Shown piece after piece: positions 50,116 through 64,000 of a stretch of 64,000 nt of DNA (position 1 is the stretch's first letter; each line of letters opens with the position of its first letter). The stretch is taken from NCBI GenBank assembly GCA_013239625.1, contig MU054212.1, forward strand, positions 1,178,001-1,242,000. The letters are read 5' to 3'. Source of the DNA: Lama guanicoe. Lineage: Eukaryota. A program made the translations under genes and the position numbers. Under the pieces are notes generated by a model. It was not told the origin of the DNA, searched no databases, and saw only the letters and a program-made list of their open reading frames with translations.

Positions 50116-53100
50116 AGGAATACTATTTATAGAATCACAACTTGGATCCAACATTTCAGATTCTGACTCACCTGTCCTGCACTCATATCTTTTATATTAT
50201 AAATCCAGATGAGATAAACATCAATATCTTTACCAGTCTTAACAACTTGGGTCAAACTGCTAAAAAGCTAAAAGATGAGAGTTCAGAATAAATGTAATAA
50301 ATTAGGTCCAAGAGTAGAGAACTGACCTCATGGAACACAGACAACCAAGATGACAAGAAGCCCTGTAAATACAAACCTGATTAGCATGGTAAAGGCTCAT
50401 CTTCCACTGAGTAACTCAATGTATTTTCCAGGGGGAGGAAAAAGTGCATTGGAGTCTTTATTTTGTATATTCTCTCTCCGCAGTATTTTTGGTTCTAGGT
50501 ATTAAATAAAATTCTATTGATTTCTGTTGATACTTCTCTACAACTAACCTAAAAGCCCAAAGATACATACAGCACCAAAGATTATTGGCCGTCAGAGGAC
50601 ACAGCATGTCAGTAATTCAGAGTGAATGAAAAACATAAAATACCTTTTCCCCAGGTCTAATCATTAAGAGACACCGAACAAGTTTTCTAAATTTCAGTAT
50701 GGTAGAAAAACCACTTTTTTCGAGATTTCAGTTAGCTTTCACAAGATTTTCAGAGTGGGAACTCAGTTCAGTTAGCCCAAATTTGTACTTAAGAGATGAC
50801 TTAAATTACCCAATTTGTTAACAAAATAATTATCTTTGTAATTATCACCTAGGATAGATTGAAGAGCCATAATATCTATGTTTCACTTATCACAGAAATA
50901 AACTCAATTAGGTTGCCATACTTTAAATTAACATGACATAGGCCTTATAGCGTATGATTCTCTGTGTCAGAGATTTTTCAAACTGTACCTCATGACGTCA
51001 TCCTACGATAATGGGGTGGAAAAGAAAACAAAAGGCCAGAGGTTCTGTATTCAGAGCAAAGCGAATCACCACTCTTGAGGAGAAAAGGAGTAAACAGAGT
51101 CAGAACAGGCCATTTATACTGGGTGTTCCCTATGCAGCAGGGACTCTCCCAGGTACCCGGCGTGCGGACACATTAAAGAAGAGCAGAAACAGCCTGTGGA
51201 CGGTTCACTGTGTCACAGCTGGGCGAGGGGGGCCCTGCTGTTTCTATAATACATACTAGAGAAGGTAAAGCTTAACCGTTTTTGCTGGATAAGGAAACGA
51301 AGTAGGTATGGTGATTCCAACTGCAGTGGGAGACTCGGGAGAAGATGGGACAGGTCCCCTCTACAGAAGCCTCATCAGTCTTGGAGGGTGGGCGAGATTT
51401 TAATGGTTTCCACACTGAACTTCTGTTGCACAAATGGTTCCATAGCTAAAAACCAAAATGGCTGAAAACCCTAGTTCCATCTTAACGGCAAATTAGTTAA
51501 GTCATGATTTAACATTTTCCATGGGCACTAAAATTGGTAAACCTCCTTTTCCATTTTAAAATACGCATTTCTCTCTTTCAAATTTTATAATCCAAATTCT
51601 TCCCATCTCCCTTCCTAAATTTAAGTGTGTATATCCTGGAACAGGTGGTGACATGGCCATGAGGGAAAAAGACAAGATTTTTACGGGAAACTTAAGCCAG
51701 TGGTGAGTAAATTATTTATCAATATTATTAAAGAAAGCAAACATGACAAGGTCAAACACAAATTTCACAAGACTTTTAAAGATAAAATAGAAGACTACAA
51801 ATAAATTTCACGGTCACTTTAGGCCAATCCCCCAGTTGCAACATACACCTGCTTTTCCAAAATACCATCAAAATTACTATTAGCTCAAATTACTCTTAAT
51901 ATTAATAACTGCCCATTATAATTACAGACTACTTACAATGCAATTGAGGGCACAGGCAAGAGGGATCCTATAACACTGAATACCGATTTTCCCATTCTAA
52001 AATGAAACTTTTAAATTGTATGTGGCATATGCTCTGTTTATTTGATTAGAGAAGGACTCAATGATGAAAAAATTTTAAAAAAAAAACCTCTTACAATAGC
52101 TATCTTTAAAAGTAAGAAATTGTTATGTTCTCCCACGTATTTGATGCTGATAATTAAGTAAATATTTCCTCTGAATAACTGAAGAACATGTTACTACATT
52201 TACAGGTTTACATCTTACTTATCAGCTGAACTTTTCTGGCTAAGTCACTATTCTCGTTGATTTCTTAGTGACCTGTCCTGATTTCATTTTTTTAACAATC
52301 CCATCTTAACCTTCACATCTGTACAATTCTGGGTTTGACTAATTAAGAGAGAACACAGAATATATGAATATAGTAATAATTTTTTGTCAGATGCAAAATA
52401 ACTCCTGTTATGATGCATTACAGCACATACACAAAAGGGCGCTGGACCCTTTCTCCACTCCAAAAAGCAGAGAACTCCCCCTCCAGCCACGGGATATGAC
52501 CGCCTCTAAGCACAGTGCACCATCTGATATCTTAATTATTTCGATGATTTTATGCTTCTTTGAACATTCCCAAGATTTCACCTGTGTTCGCACTGGACTG
52601 TCATGACGTATGTGTTAAATAGGTAAAGGCTGTCTTCCCTTTAGAGACTGGGAGACCTGCCAGGTCTTCTGTTAGGTATATGGCCTGCGTGGAAAAAAGC
52701 CCTGGACCCCAGAGCAGCTGACAGTAACCACAGAAGTGAGTCAGGAAAGGCACTCATGGCTGGTCACACATTTGCACCAGCACGCTCCATCACAAGGTAA
52801 CATCTATGAGCACGTTCAGAGGATACCCTCTAACCGAACAAAAGAAAACTCTGGTTTTAGCTGTTAGCTACCTAAAACTCACTGATCGTTTCAAAGTAAG
52901 TAAAAACAAACATTTTTTGTTGACAAGGGGCAAATACACATAAATCAGAAGTGACTTGTACATTTTTTTCCAGTAGAATAGTTGAGAATCATGGTACAGA
53001 AATGGGGTTAGAGCTACACATATCTATAAATATTAAACCAAAATAACGACCTTGTAGAAATTAACTGTTAATAACTTTCTATCCCAAAAGTACTGTTTAC

Positions 53101-53794
53101 AATGACAGCAAGATATATTCTTCATTGATAATTTGATACAATATAGTATTCTATGAACACCAGCACACACATATGGCACGGTGTCTATAAACTTGTATGA
53201 AACCGGAGAACTCTAGTGTCTGTTACGTCTCATTAATCTGAGACAATCTCTAGGACTAGATCTTCAAGGGAATAACAAGATACTAATGTTATTAGACAGT
53301 ATAAAATGGGTATGGTCAACAAACCCTGGGTCTTAATAAAAGTCTTTGTTTAAATGTAACTAAATTATATCAAGCAGCAGGCAATATTACCATCCATTCT
53401 TAATAAAACCAACAGAGATCAAATGACTAGAAACTAAAATAGCATTGGGAGGCAGACTCATAAAAGATGCATGCTGAAAAAAGGAACCCAGCATCAGTTT
53501 CATTAGGGAGTCCTGAAGAGCCTCTTTAAGTCACCAGCTAGAGGATGTATGCCCTCCTAAAACCACGGTTGCTAAAAACGAAGTTCTGTGCTTAGTTCCT
53601 ACAGTTACAGGTGATGTTCTTCTCTTAAATGGACAAAGTACTGAAGCCAAATCCTTTCCATGAGGTGACGGAGCAATAAAAATAGCCAACAGAGAGAAAA
53701 AACAAAGACAAAGAGAAGGCATACTTTTCTTTACAAACCCAAACGTGCGTGATAATAAAAAGGCAGCAACGATCACTGTGAAAGGCTATCCCAC

Positions 53795-53951
53795 CTGTGT
53801 TTTTTGATGCCATTGGAGAGAGCATCTCCACCACCACAGTCTTTTCCTTCGGACATTCTGTGCTTTCCGCTGCTCAGGTGTTCTCCTTCCTCTTCAAAGG
53901 AGTGTGTGGTCACAGCTTCCAATCTACTCAGGGTCCGTTCGGACTCGGAAT
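53795..53951 (-). CDS. OSBPL1A: OSBPL1A exon: (D)SESERTLSRLEAVTTHSFEEEGEHLSSGKHRMSEGKDCGGGDALSNGIKKH(R), containing the probable ORP1S start ATG at 53856-53854
   Basis: gccacag|AT ... AG|gtggga, 157 nt, phases 1/2. The spliced frame from ATG 53856 to the stop is 437 aa. I did not find the upstream FFAT, PH or ankyrin exons in the window. Confidence 0.94.
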
Positions 53952-55681
53952 CTGTGGCAGAGCAGGTTCACGGTCAATGAACTGAACTTTGGTGCGAGGC
54001 TCCGGTAACAATGGATATCTCCCTTAATGCATCAGGCCTTGAAACCTAAGCAGCCTACTTTGTCCTTCAACAATCCATCGTTAACTACCTTCTAAGGGAT
54101 TTCAGAGAACCTGTACCCAATAAGGCTAAAATGGAAACAGATATAGGATTATATAAACTTAGAACTGAACAGATTTTATACATTAAGAGAGACTTCCAAA
54201 GATTATCCAATTCTGCAAGAAATTATACTCAGTATTCCCCTCCCCAAATTTGTTTTTATCTTCCCTCTCAAAGCATCTTAGGCATAACTTAAAACAAACA
54301 AACAAACATTCAACTTTAAAAATTCATGTATAAGAAAAAAGCAGCAATGACTGTACTTGGGAAAAGTGTAAGTTATATCCAATACTATAGACACAAAAGC
54401 AAGGGTAATTCTTAAATACTTTAGAAAACACTTCTTCTGGTATTATATTATTTAAATCCTCAAGAGCTAAAGCCCGAAGTGGCCATATAAAATCTAGTTA
54501 TCAGGCAGGCATTTTTAGGGTAGAAATGCCACATTCCCTGTTGGCTGTGTACTCAGCTTGGAGCCATCTGCTTGTTTGGGAGTAATAAGACAACTTATTT
54601 TTGCACACTACCTACATTACAGTTTTCAGGCACACTCACATCCTCATCTCCTCCCCGCATCTCCAGGGTGCTTTGGTAATGATGAGGAAGGACTAGGGGT
54701 GAACAAGTATGCTGATGGTCCCATGGTTTGTGAGCTGGGTTTCCTGACTCCTTGTTTAATGCTCTGTTTCAGCTCAAAGCAGCAGCCATTCAATCTCCAG
54801 AACACTTTAAATGGTGCCTAAATTTTTATTAAAATGCAAATTCAAGGTAACATCTAACTTTCCTTAAGCAGGTGACTATACACTCAACTCTCCTCTGCTC
54901 TAGGGAAGAACTCGTACACATATTCAAGCACATTTCCTTAAATAATCTTTAGACCATCTGCTTAGTATGTATTATAGCTAAAATGTTCAGAAAATAAAAA
55001 ATTTTTAACATTTTCTCTTCCCCCTACTGCATTCTATAATTTGGCCCAAATCACGGACCCTTATTTTCATCACATTAGGTTGACTGGTAGCCACTGCTGG
55101 CCAAGCCCAACTGCAGGCTGGACAGCACACCTGGAACTCTGGATCCTCTGGATGGCGTTACGTTACTTGCAGAAAATACTCAATACTAGTGAAGTTATTT
55201 TTATTTTCTGCAAATACAACTTTGCCAGAATTGAAAATACAGCTTTGTTCTGTCACATACCTTAGAGCGGAGAAACAGATATTTTAACAAATTTTAAGCA
55301 ATATTTATTCTTCACTGTCAATTTTGGGAGGCAGTGACAATGTTTTACGGAAAAAAAGTGAAGACAACCTGAATGGCTAACGGTCACCCATTAGATGAAA
55401 TAAATACCTGTTGAAATTACACTAAGAAAAACAATTTCGTAAAACAGAAAACTGCTTTTAAAATAATGCTAAGACAAAAAAGATCAGAATACCATTTTAC
55501 AACTCTGAAATACAAGCAAAAAAAATAATTTCACTCTACCTTAAAGAAGGATCAGTCTGGTTCAGGTAAACAGAGAAGTAAAATGACAGAAGCGGGTCGA
55601 GGGCTCAGCGAGGCAGAGAGGGGAACAGGCTACTTGCAGGGGGAGGCAAATGCATATCAGGAAAGGGCACAGGACAGGTGG

Positions 55682-56328
55682 TGTTACCTGAAAACTGGGT
55701 TTGCCTCTTGGCGGGTGTTGAGCAAAAAGACACAACCCAGCCAAGGAGCAGGAGAAGGGAGGATTTATTACTTGCACCAAGTAAGGAGAACACCGGGGAT
55801 TTCCCCCAAGCAGTGTCTCCCTGAAAGGCAAAATTAGGGAAGTTTGAAGCTAAAGGGACGTGCATATTCACGAAGGAGTTTTGAGCAGAGGAAAATTCAA
55901 TGTAGAATTGGGGCAAAGGTTGGAAGAGTCCAAGCTTTAGTTGACTGAAGTCATGAGGGTCAGAAAAGGTCAACATCATCATTCCTTAGGTCCCAGCTGA
56001 CCATCAGGTGGTCAAGCGCCCAAAGAGGGTTTGAATTCTGTAAATGCCTACCACACCCCCGTCAAGAAAGTGCTGCAGGCTAATCGTTACCATTGGAACA
56101 GACTGGGAGTCTTTACAACCAATTTATTACCTTTGGTAACAGTCCTGCTTATTTCTGCATTATTTTGTTCCCTTAAGATCATTCATTACCGAGACCTAGT
56201 TTAGGGGCAACAAGCATTGTGACCAGGCCTAGATCACAAAACGGCTTAGGCCAGAAATGACCTCTCTTATGTCAAGAAAACCATGCTCGGTTCTCTTTCT
56301 TTGGGAGCCTCTACCTGATCTGCTTGCA
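55682..56328 (-). mobile_element. ERV1-class solo LTR (family not determined)
   Basis: 647 bp with TG...CA ends (tgttacc...tctgcttgca). Flanks gtgg / gggg form a 4-bp TSD with one mismatch. AATAAA on the - strand at 55769-55764, about 80 nt from the LTR 3' end. Confidence 0.7.
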
Positions 56329-57089
56329 GGGGTCCTACAGGTAAACCTCAGAACAATGAAAATGGTGCTCAGGTGCAGATGAGCGAAGAGCTGTCTGGAG
56401 AGAGCAGCGTGAGCAAAACCTGACTCAAAGACGGTGAGGGTGGTCCTGGGCGGCAGATGGGGTGGTTTTTCACTTCTACATTTTCCAACTTATTTCGTAT
56501 GAAAAAATTAAGAGATTTAAAAGAGTCAAAATACTTTCCTCTGTACTGGTTAGTATTATTCAAGATGCATTATTACTTTATAATTTAGATGTCAAGAAAA
56601 ACCAAAAAGCACTGAAGCGAAAAACCTCAAGCATTCATTAAACATCCCTCTGTACAGGATGCTGTGTTTGCTATTTAAGGGACGCCAATCATAAGATAGG
56701 GACGTATCCACCTCAAAAGCAAATTCTTAACAAAAAGCAGATATACAATAAACACCAAACAAGGTAAGGCAGGAAGAGCTTCTATGAAGCAAAGACTCCA
56801 CACAAAAGAAAATTTCAACTTACTGAACACAAGCTGAAGACCTACTACCTTCATCCCAATCACGGGACCACTGTGCTCACCGTGGAGGATACACTAGCAG
56901 GTGGCAGTGCAGACTCTTACGGTTCCCCTCCCTCTCCCGCCCAGCAGCAGCTGGACTCTCCCCTCTTCTAGTCTGTCTCTCCCTACTCCTCCACCTCTCC
57001 CTTTCCCCCGCATCCTCCCTACTCTCTACCCTGGTCCCAGCCTGCTTCCCTCTAATATAATCAAGCTATTCCCACCCTTCCCCTTAAGG

Positions 57090-57680
57090 GCTGTGACAAA
57101 AGTCAACAATTATCTCCACACTGCGAAGTCTAATGGCCATTTAAAACATTTTTATCATGACTCATTTCACTGCATCTGACACTACTGCATTCTTCCCCTC
57201 ATTTATCTTGTGCAAGTCATGGTGGAATTCAAAGAACAGTAAGATTTGGTCCCTGCCCGTGGACTAGCAGAAGTAGATCGTTCTGTGAACACAAGAGTTC
57301 AGTGAAGTTTTCTAGGGGCAGTAACGTAAGTCTGAATGGGGACAGTGGACCACACAGGAGGGAACAGCCAACTTCACAGAGTGAGGGGCCAGGTGTCCGG
57401 AGGTGATTGTGACTGACGACTGAGCTGAGTTAAGTCGACAAGGAGTAAGAACTGGGGGCGGAAGAGAGTTACAACAGAGGAACAGTGGGGACAGCACGAC
57501 CCAAGGCAGAGAGCACTGAAGCATTTAGTAAGATGGGAGTGGAAGACGCGAGCAAGGAGGGGTGACAGGACAGTGGGGTGGAAATGAAGCTGTGAATCAG
57601 TCATGAAGCTGACTGGGTGGGATGGGCAAAGATCAAAGGCAGGTGGTGGGTCAAAGTACAAAATGAAGCCAGGAATGAGG
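57090..57680. mobile_element. L2 fragments in both orientations
   Basis: aagtcaacaattatctccacactgcgaagtctaatggcc (sense); ttggtccctgccc...ggcagagagcac (antisense). Confidence 0.5.
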
Positions 57681-58357
57681 CAGTATCCCAATACCTGCCA
57701 TGAGGTTCTTTACCTGCTAAAAGCAAATCATTAACTCACCTCTGAGCGCTCTAGCTTCAGAGGCAAAGAAGGAAATGTGATCAATTACATGATTCACAGT
57801 ATCCCCGAGATGAAGACTAACTCATTGCTTAAGAACAAAAGCTCAGTTACGTCTAACACTATGAACACAGAGATGTTCAATATGTATACAGTGAGACATA
57901 GTTTGGACTTCTTTTGTTAGCAATAGGGAGCCATCCTTAACTTCTATGCCTTCAAAGCATTAGTCACATGAACCTACTCCAGCAGAGCATCATTTCACTT
58001 GGAGACCCATGCGTCCAGGTATATTTAAATTCAAACATGTTTACCTAAGTACCAAAGAGGCCCTAGTCGCTGCGGAGCCTTACTCATTAAGGTGAAACCT
58101 GCCCATAAAAGTAATTTTCAAGTGATAGGTCTCAGCGCCTCTGAGGTGATTCCATCTTAAAACGACAGGTATTTCAGTTTTGCCCACACAGATAAATATC
58201 AAATAGGCCAGAGCTTACCTATCAATCAGTGTTACCAGGCAACACACTGATGTCTTAGTGGAAAGCATAAAGCATCTGAAAACATGTGCTTATTAAAGCC
58301 TCACATATAGTGGTTACAGTAACATAAGAGTACTATACATGCTTTAAACACACAGGA

Positions 58358-58536
58358 GGGGTGGGGTGGGAGTGGGGAGGGTTACCGTTTAATGGGTACA
58401 GAGTTTCATTTTGAGATGATGAAAAAGTTCTGGCAATGGATGGTGGTGCTGGTTGGACAATAATGTACTTACTTAATGGCACAGAACTGCATGCTTAAAA
58501 ATGGTTAATATGTAATGTATATTTGACCACAGTAAA
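58358..58536 (+). mobile_element. L1MB-like 3' end followed by an AAAC-rich tail
   Basis: tttaatgggtacagagtttcattttgagatgatgaaaaagttctgg...cttaaaatggtta. Confidence 0.85.
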
Positions 58537-61500
58537 ACCAAAACCAAAAGAAAGAAAACCCAAACAAACAAGCAAACAAAAACCTGTCAAGCCAAAACCA
58601 AAGCCCGACCACACTGGATGCATGAACTACATTCCGGCCCTGTCATCTCTGACCTCAACGCCAATGCTGGAAGAAAGCCACACAGACTTAGAGCAAAACT
58701 GGGTGATTTTTGTACAGATGTATTTTTAAATGCAGGAGCAGAAATTTTAACAATATCTATAGCTAGATTTCAGACAAAACTAGCCTTGCATCTTTCCACT
58801 GCATTCTCCTCTTCTAAGCATGTGTTTTGTACTAAGTAAAGCCGCCCCAAATTTTCAGGATACTTCAGTTCATCCCTGAAAAGCAGAGTGAGGGATTTAT
58901 CAAACAGCCTTGCATTATTCAGTGAACTTTGGTGAGCCGGTTAGGAAAACCAGTATAGTCCTATGTGATGGCGGGAAATGACATGCTTAGTTTGTACTTA
59001 TTCGTGGGTTTGTTCATTCTCATCTATTTCCAAAAAGGGTTCAGGTGGTTTAATTCATAATTATATTTTATACAAAAAGTGTCAGAATAACATTCTGAAA
59101 AAGACTGTATTTTACAAGATTAAATGCTCTAGTCTATGTACAAGCATTTAAGGTAGACACAATCTCTGCCTGATAAATTTCTCCATTAAAACAGTAGTAT
59201 TAATAGACAGTTTGTTCACAAATCTCTGGTGGCCCAGATCTTTAAACCTCTGTCCACGTTGGTACTTAAAATCACTTTGAACACATTTCAGGTTGAACAC
59301 AATCTCCTTTCAATCAAACAGCATGGAAGCCAATGGCTGTGACTGGGTTAATGTGGCTTTAAAACTTTACTCAAGCTGCGTAAGTTAATGTGTACAGCTT
59401 GTGTTATATCAGTCATATCTTAATAAAGTGGTTTTTTAAAAAAAAATTTAGAAAGAGGACCATTACCTCTATCCTACTCTGAGTTTTCCTATCAAAAAGC
59501 TGAAGGAAGAGGTCATGAAGTAAACAATAGAAACATGTCAACAATTCTTATGTTACGCTGATAAACTTTTTTTTTTGACATGACCTTTGAAAACTAGCTT
59601 GAGAACAAATAGTACAAAGGAGCAAGATGTGGAAGAACCATGGACAGTGTCCAAATAACTCCTCCCCGTTACTTAAGGTAACAGGAAATGGTCAGGAAGC
59701 ACACACACTCGACTTAGTACCTTCATTGTTTATGGTTTCCCAAGAACTAGGCATGTTCTAAGAATGTCCAAAGTAACCCAAGCTTAAAATATCAGAACCA
59801 AATTTTTATTTAGCTTTAAGGTATAATTTCATAAACTCAAAAATAACACAGTAAATATGAAGAACACAAGGAAAATAAACAAAACCTACCACACTGAAAA
59901 TAAACAGAAAACCAGGGTGAGTCCAGAAGGGGCTGCCAAGAGACTGCTACAATAATGGACCGAGGAAGCGGCAAAAGTGTGAAGCAGAAATCTTGGCAGC
60001 AAGCAACAAGTCAGAGACATTCTAGATATATCCTCCCTGAATGATGTCCAAGGTCAAAATCAGCCAAATGGTACAGTGTTGATTGTGACAGTTTCTTAAA
60101 AGCACTGGCTTGTCCCCAAGCAACTAAATCTACTATGTTTTCCACAACTTGCAAAATCTGCACATGTAATTGCAGATGAAGAATTATTCAAACCACTGTG
60201 TGCAGGCTACTGGAAATCTTATATCTACTAAAATCCAGAGTGCTTCACAATTTGTTTTGCTGACACCCTTAAATTTTTCAAGAAGGTCACCTATGCATTC
60301 ACTCTACAAAGAATTCTAGAACTAAGGACCAGTAACACAATAATCCATAGCTACAAAACAAACAATTTTCACATGACTTCAGTTTAATAAATCAACACTT
60401 TACCAAATACGAGGTAAAGGGCTAACTGTCAAAACAGTGTAGACAAATTTAATGAGATATGATTGGTGTCCTCCATATATTCAAAGTCCAGTCTAGTGGA
60501 AGACACACAAGTGAACACATGTTTATACAAAATGTTTGTGGGAACAGCTGAAGGTCTCAGCCGTGGCCAAAGCAACAGGAAAGACGTTTGTATGCAGCCT
60601 CACCTGGTCATTTGAGGCCTGGGACGGGAGGGAAGAGTGCAGCGCAGGGACAGAAAGGTGGGGGTGACTATGTGACAGCCGAGGCAATCCAAGCCTGGTA
60701 ACACGTGTGGAGGGAGAAACGGTGAAAACATGAAGCAGATGTCATGGATGGTCAAAGAGATGCTGGGAACAGAGCTTTTGCGAGAATCGACTGAAAGACA
60801 GGAGGCTAGTGGGTGCGCCACGGGGTGTCTAAGACTGTAAAGGCCAACCCTGGGGTCTGCTCCTGGGAGGGAGGATGCACCCATCCTTCCCTGCATTAGT
60901 CTGATTCAGAGACTGGATCTTACTTCCTTGGTACTGCCGGGTCTAAGGACACCTGCCACACAGTAGGCACTTGGTCAGTGCGTCTGGTTAACGAAAGGCG
61001 CTCAACGCTAAGGACAGTACAAAATGCACTTGGTCTGACAATAGATATTTAATGAAGATGTTAATTTAGTCCATAGAAACCCTTTAGAAAATGGAGACAG
61101 GTCCAGAAGATCAACCTCAAACCTAAAGGATAAATTACATTCACCAGTATTTGCCTACAACAAACACACACACTAAGTTAAGCCACTAGGTAAATTTTTT
61201 TTAATGCTATCAGCGCAAAACAAGATTAAAAGCTGGCACCACTACTTAGATGTTCTCCAGAATGCTGTACCATATTATACACAGGTATTTAAGAACACTC
61301 ATATTCTGTGGTACTTAATCAGCTGTACATCACATCAACCAATTAACCTGTCGTGTCCTGGACAAAAGAAGAAACACAGAAGTTCATACAACAAGGTCTC
61401 TGTCCTTAAGGGAAATGCAGGGTTTACGAGAAGGTAAGGAAGAAATATACAGAAAGTTATGTAACAACAACAAAAAAGGCAACAACAAAGGAGTATGGCA

Positions 61501-62574
61501 AATTGCTGCCCCCTCCCCAAAAAAGACGAGAGGAAAACAAAGGTGAGTGGGATCTCCAAGCACTAAGCAGGTCTAGGCTAAAGGAAAGACTCACAAAAAA
61601 AGGCCCAGGTAAGAAACGTACAGGCGTTTCAAAACCAACCTGGAGGAGGGGGCCCCAGCCTTGGGGACACAAAGAACAGAGGACACAGTCTCCTTTTACT
61701 AAAAGGCCACAGCGCTCTTCTGCGTAACTCTCACCACCTCGGTCACACCCTACGTCTTCTGTTTGTGAACTGGCAGCAGAGATGTCGTTACTTTTCTTTA
61801 ACTATTACCACTTGCATTTATCAGCTTCAACTTTATTTCACGTGGGTCATAACTTCCTACGTTATTCTCCTCCAGACAAACCAAAGTCGTTATATTACCA
61901 CTTTCTGTTCCGAAAGTTTTGATTTAGCAAGACACGAGCGCCTACCCTTGCAACTGCCGAGAGAGGCTAAAACTGGCCTCAATTTCGTGACGTAACTTTC
62001 TACGGGTTTTGCCAATCTATACTATTGGATTGTATGCATTATTCATGCACATTTTGACCAAAATAGCATTAAGAGGAAAACCTAGCAAGAAAGCCTTTCG
62101 TGAACAATTGATTTCAAAATGTTTCTAAAAAGGAAAATGAACAGACAGTAAGGAAAACAAGACATTGTGAAGATTTAAAATTCAAAAGGCAGGAGGAATT
62201 TTCATGAAACTGCTCTCTCAGACCAATAGTGAAGAATAACAGCCATGAAGTTATTTAACTGGTAACGTTTCAAAAACCATGTTTTAGGAAATTACTAGAG
62301 ATTCATAAAGTCAAGCACCTTTAATTTTCTCCCCCTTAGCCACTTTTTCATTTCCCTTCTCTCTGAGCAAGTCTCATAGCTCCAACTTGACTGTAAATGT
62401 CTCGAGAACAAATTTTTTAATAACATCTCATCCCAGCTCACTCCTGTCACCCAGCCCTCCCTCTCACATAGCATCCAGAGTGGTGTGTGCAGACTGTATG
62501 AAATTACCGAGGGTTACTGATTCTTTTGTGTTCTCTATTGAATATCAATATATTTCTAGGGAGGACAGAAGTAT

Positions 62575-62890
62575 CAATGACATTTGTTCAACAACCTTCA
62601 TTCCACAAACACTGAGAGAGCAACTCTGATTCTGTGCTAAGTACCTCAAGGATATAAACTGACACGGTCTCTACCATCACCAAGAGACAAGCACAATGCA
62701 ACAGAAGGGCTATGAAAGAGGTGTAAATGGAAGCAACACAGACGAAATGATTCATTCTGCCCAGGGGAGTCAGGAAATGCTACCCAGGAGAGGAGACAGT
62801 TTAGAGATGTTTGAGAACTTTGGTAGGAGAGGGTAGCATCAAGGGAAGTTGAAATGGAAAGGGCAGAAAGCTGGTAGGAACACATAGAAA
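62575..62890 (-). mobile_element. L2 fragment
   Basis: ttcattccacaaacactgagagagcaactctg...ttcattctgcccaggggagtcaggaaatgctacccaggagagg. Confidence 0.55.
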
Positions 62891-64000
62891 GAATTGCTGA
62901 ATTCCTCCCTAAAGGGGCGCCTTCAACATATTTCTGTATTTATTTGCTGGAAGAATGGAATTTTTCCACAGAACTAGCCTCCAGTTTCTCATTAAATCTT
63001 TTGCTTTGACACGCACAAACATTTAGCCCTTTCCCCAGGAAATGCTCACTTACAGGCAGTAATACCAGAAATTTCACTACACAGACATTTCATTCCTTAA
63101 ATATACATGTAATGAAGACAAAATGTGATGCTTTATTAGATTTAGCTCCTTTTAATCATGTAACACAATGGAATTCAACCAAATTGCGAGAAAGAAATTT
63201 ATGTGCTTTATGGAATTTTATGAAATCTTAAGTCTTTGAGCATACTGGGAAAAGTTTAAATAATCAAGAGATCCCATGGGGCTGGAAAAAATACACTACA
63301 CTGTAGGCTAGTAACAAGGTTCATCTCACCCACTGTATCAGATTTTTATTGATCCTGATTATTTGAAGAAATTTAAAGGGAAAACAGGAAGTCACACAGA
63401 CTTAATTTTAAAGCAAGTAACCCAAGTTGTAACCAACTATCAAAAGGCAGATAAAGCATTTAGTAAAAATAATTCAGATATATCTTAAGAGAAATATCTT
63501 AAAACGATCTTTTTTTCATATCTTTTAAGTATCAGAACAGGCCTGATTTAACCTATTGGTCTGACTCAGCACTGAAAAAATTTACTTTAAATGAAACTTG
63601 GTTTTGCATACTGGTTCGGCCTCCCCTCCTGCCTCCACACCTAACAGCCTGCTGTCTCTGCCGCACCGTGAGGACTGGAGGAAGCCAGTGGGCGAGAGCC
63701 TGTAAGTGAAGGGACAAAGGACGAGGCTGTATGAACAGACACGCAGGGCGTGGGTCATGTCAAGAGTCCTGACAGCCCGTTAATCTGGGAGTCTGGATTT
63801 CACTCTGGGTGCAATGAAGAGCCACTGAAGGACTCTGGGCCAGAGATTGCACTGATGTGACTGTCTGCAAACACAGAGCAGGCCTCGGCCTCGGCCTCGG
63901 GATCCTTCTCAACACAGCAGTCGATAAAGCAGCAGCTATTGCAAACCAATCTGAACTGACACCCAAGAAATTTTAATGTCCTCCTAACCTAGGGACGACG

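Noticed and set aside
55562..55982. Overlapping ORFs of 125, 89 and 84 aa
   Set aside because: They overlie the solo LTR and show no gag, pol or env motifs.
63881..63900. (GGCCTC)x3 repeat and other short simple repeats such as 30170-30250 and 58533-58600
   Set aside because: Ordinary microsatellites or decayed L1 tails.
1..64000. CRISPR arrays, tRNA/rRNA/snRNA genes, processed pseudogenes or foreign (prokaryotic or viral) inserts
   Set aside because: None recognised on reading. An Infernal/Rfam and BLASTX scan would be needed to exclude small or decayed cases.

Overview
Mammalian genomic DNA, probably from a camelid. That assignment is inferred from recalled L1 3'-end sequences and from not seeing Alu, Bov-tA or PRE1 SINEs. 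Two genes lie tail to tail. On the + strand are the last two exons of CABYR: the CR-B coding exon (1079-1686) and a 3'UTR exon (from 2937, AATAAA at 3002-3007). On the - strand are the last 12 exons of OSBPL1A/ORP1 (53951 down to the stop at 4551, with the 3'UTR running to about 3430). All 12 exons have GT-AG ends and compatible phases. They splice into an intact lipid-binding (ORD) domain containing the EQVSHHPP fingerprint. From the internal ATG at 53856 the frame is 437 codons, the length I recall for human ORP1S. The rest is intron filled with old repeats (L1, L2, MIR, MER20, MER33/Charlie, MLT1 and an ERV1-type solo LTR). I cannot support a new biological system here. The best leads are: a candidate 33-nt in-frame cassette exon in the ORD lid, derived from transposon sequence; a candidate short alternative terminal exon that would remove the ORD; a sense-oriented solo LTR 1.7 kb upstream of the ORP1S start exon; and an apparent stop-codon shift in CABYR. 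Repeat family names and comparisons with human come from recall, not database searches.
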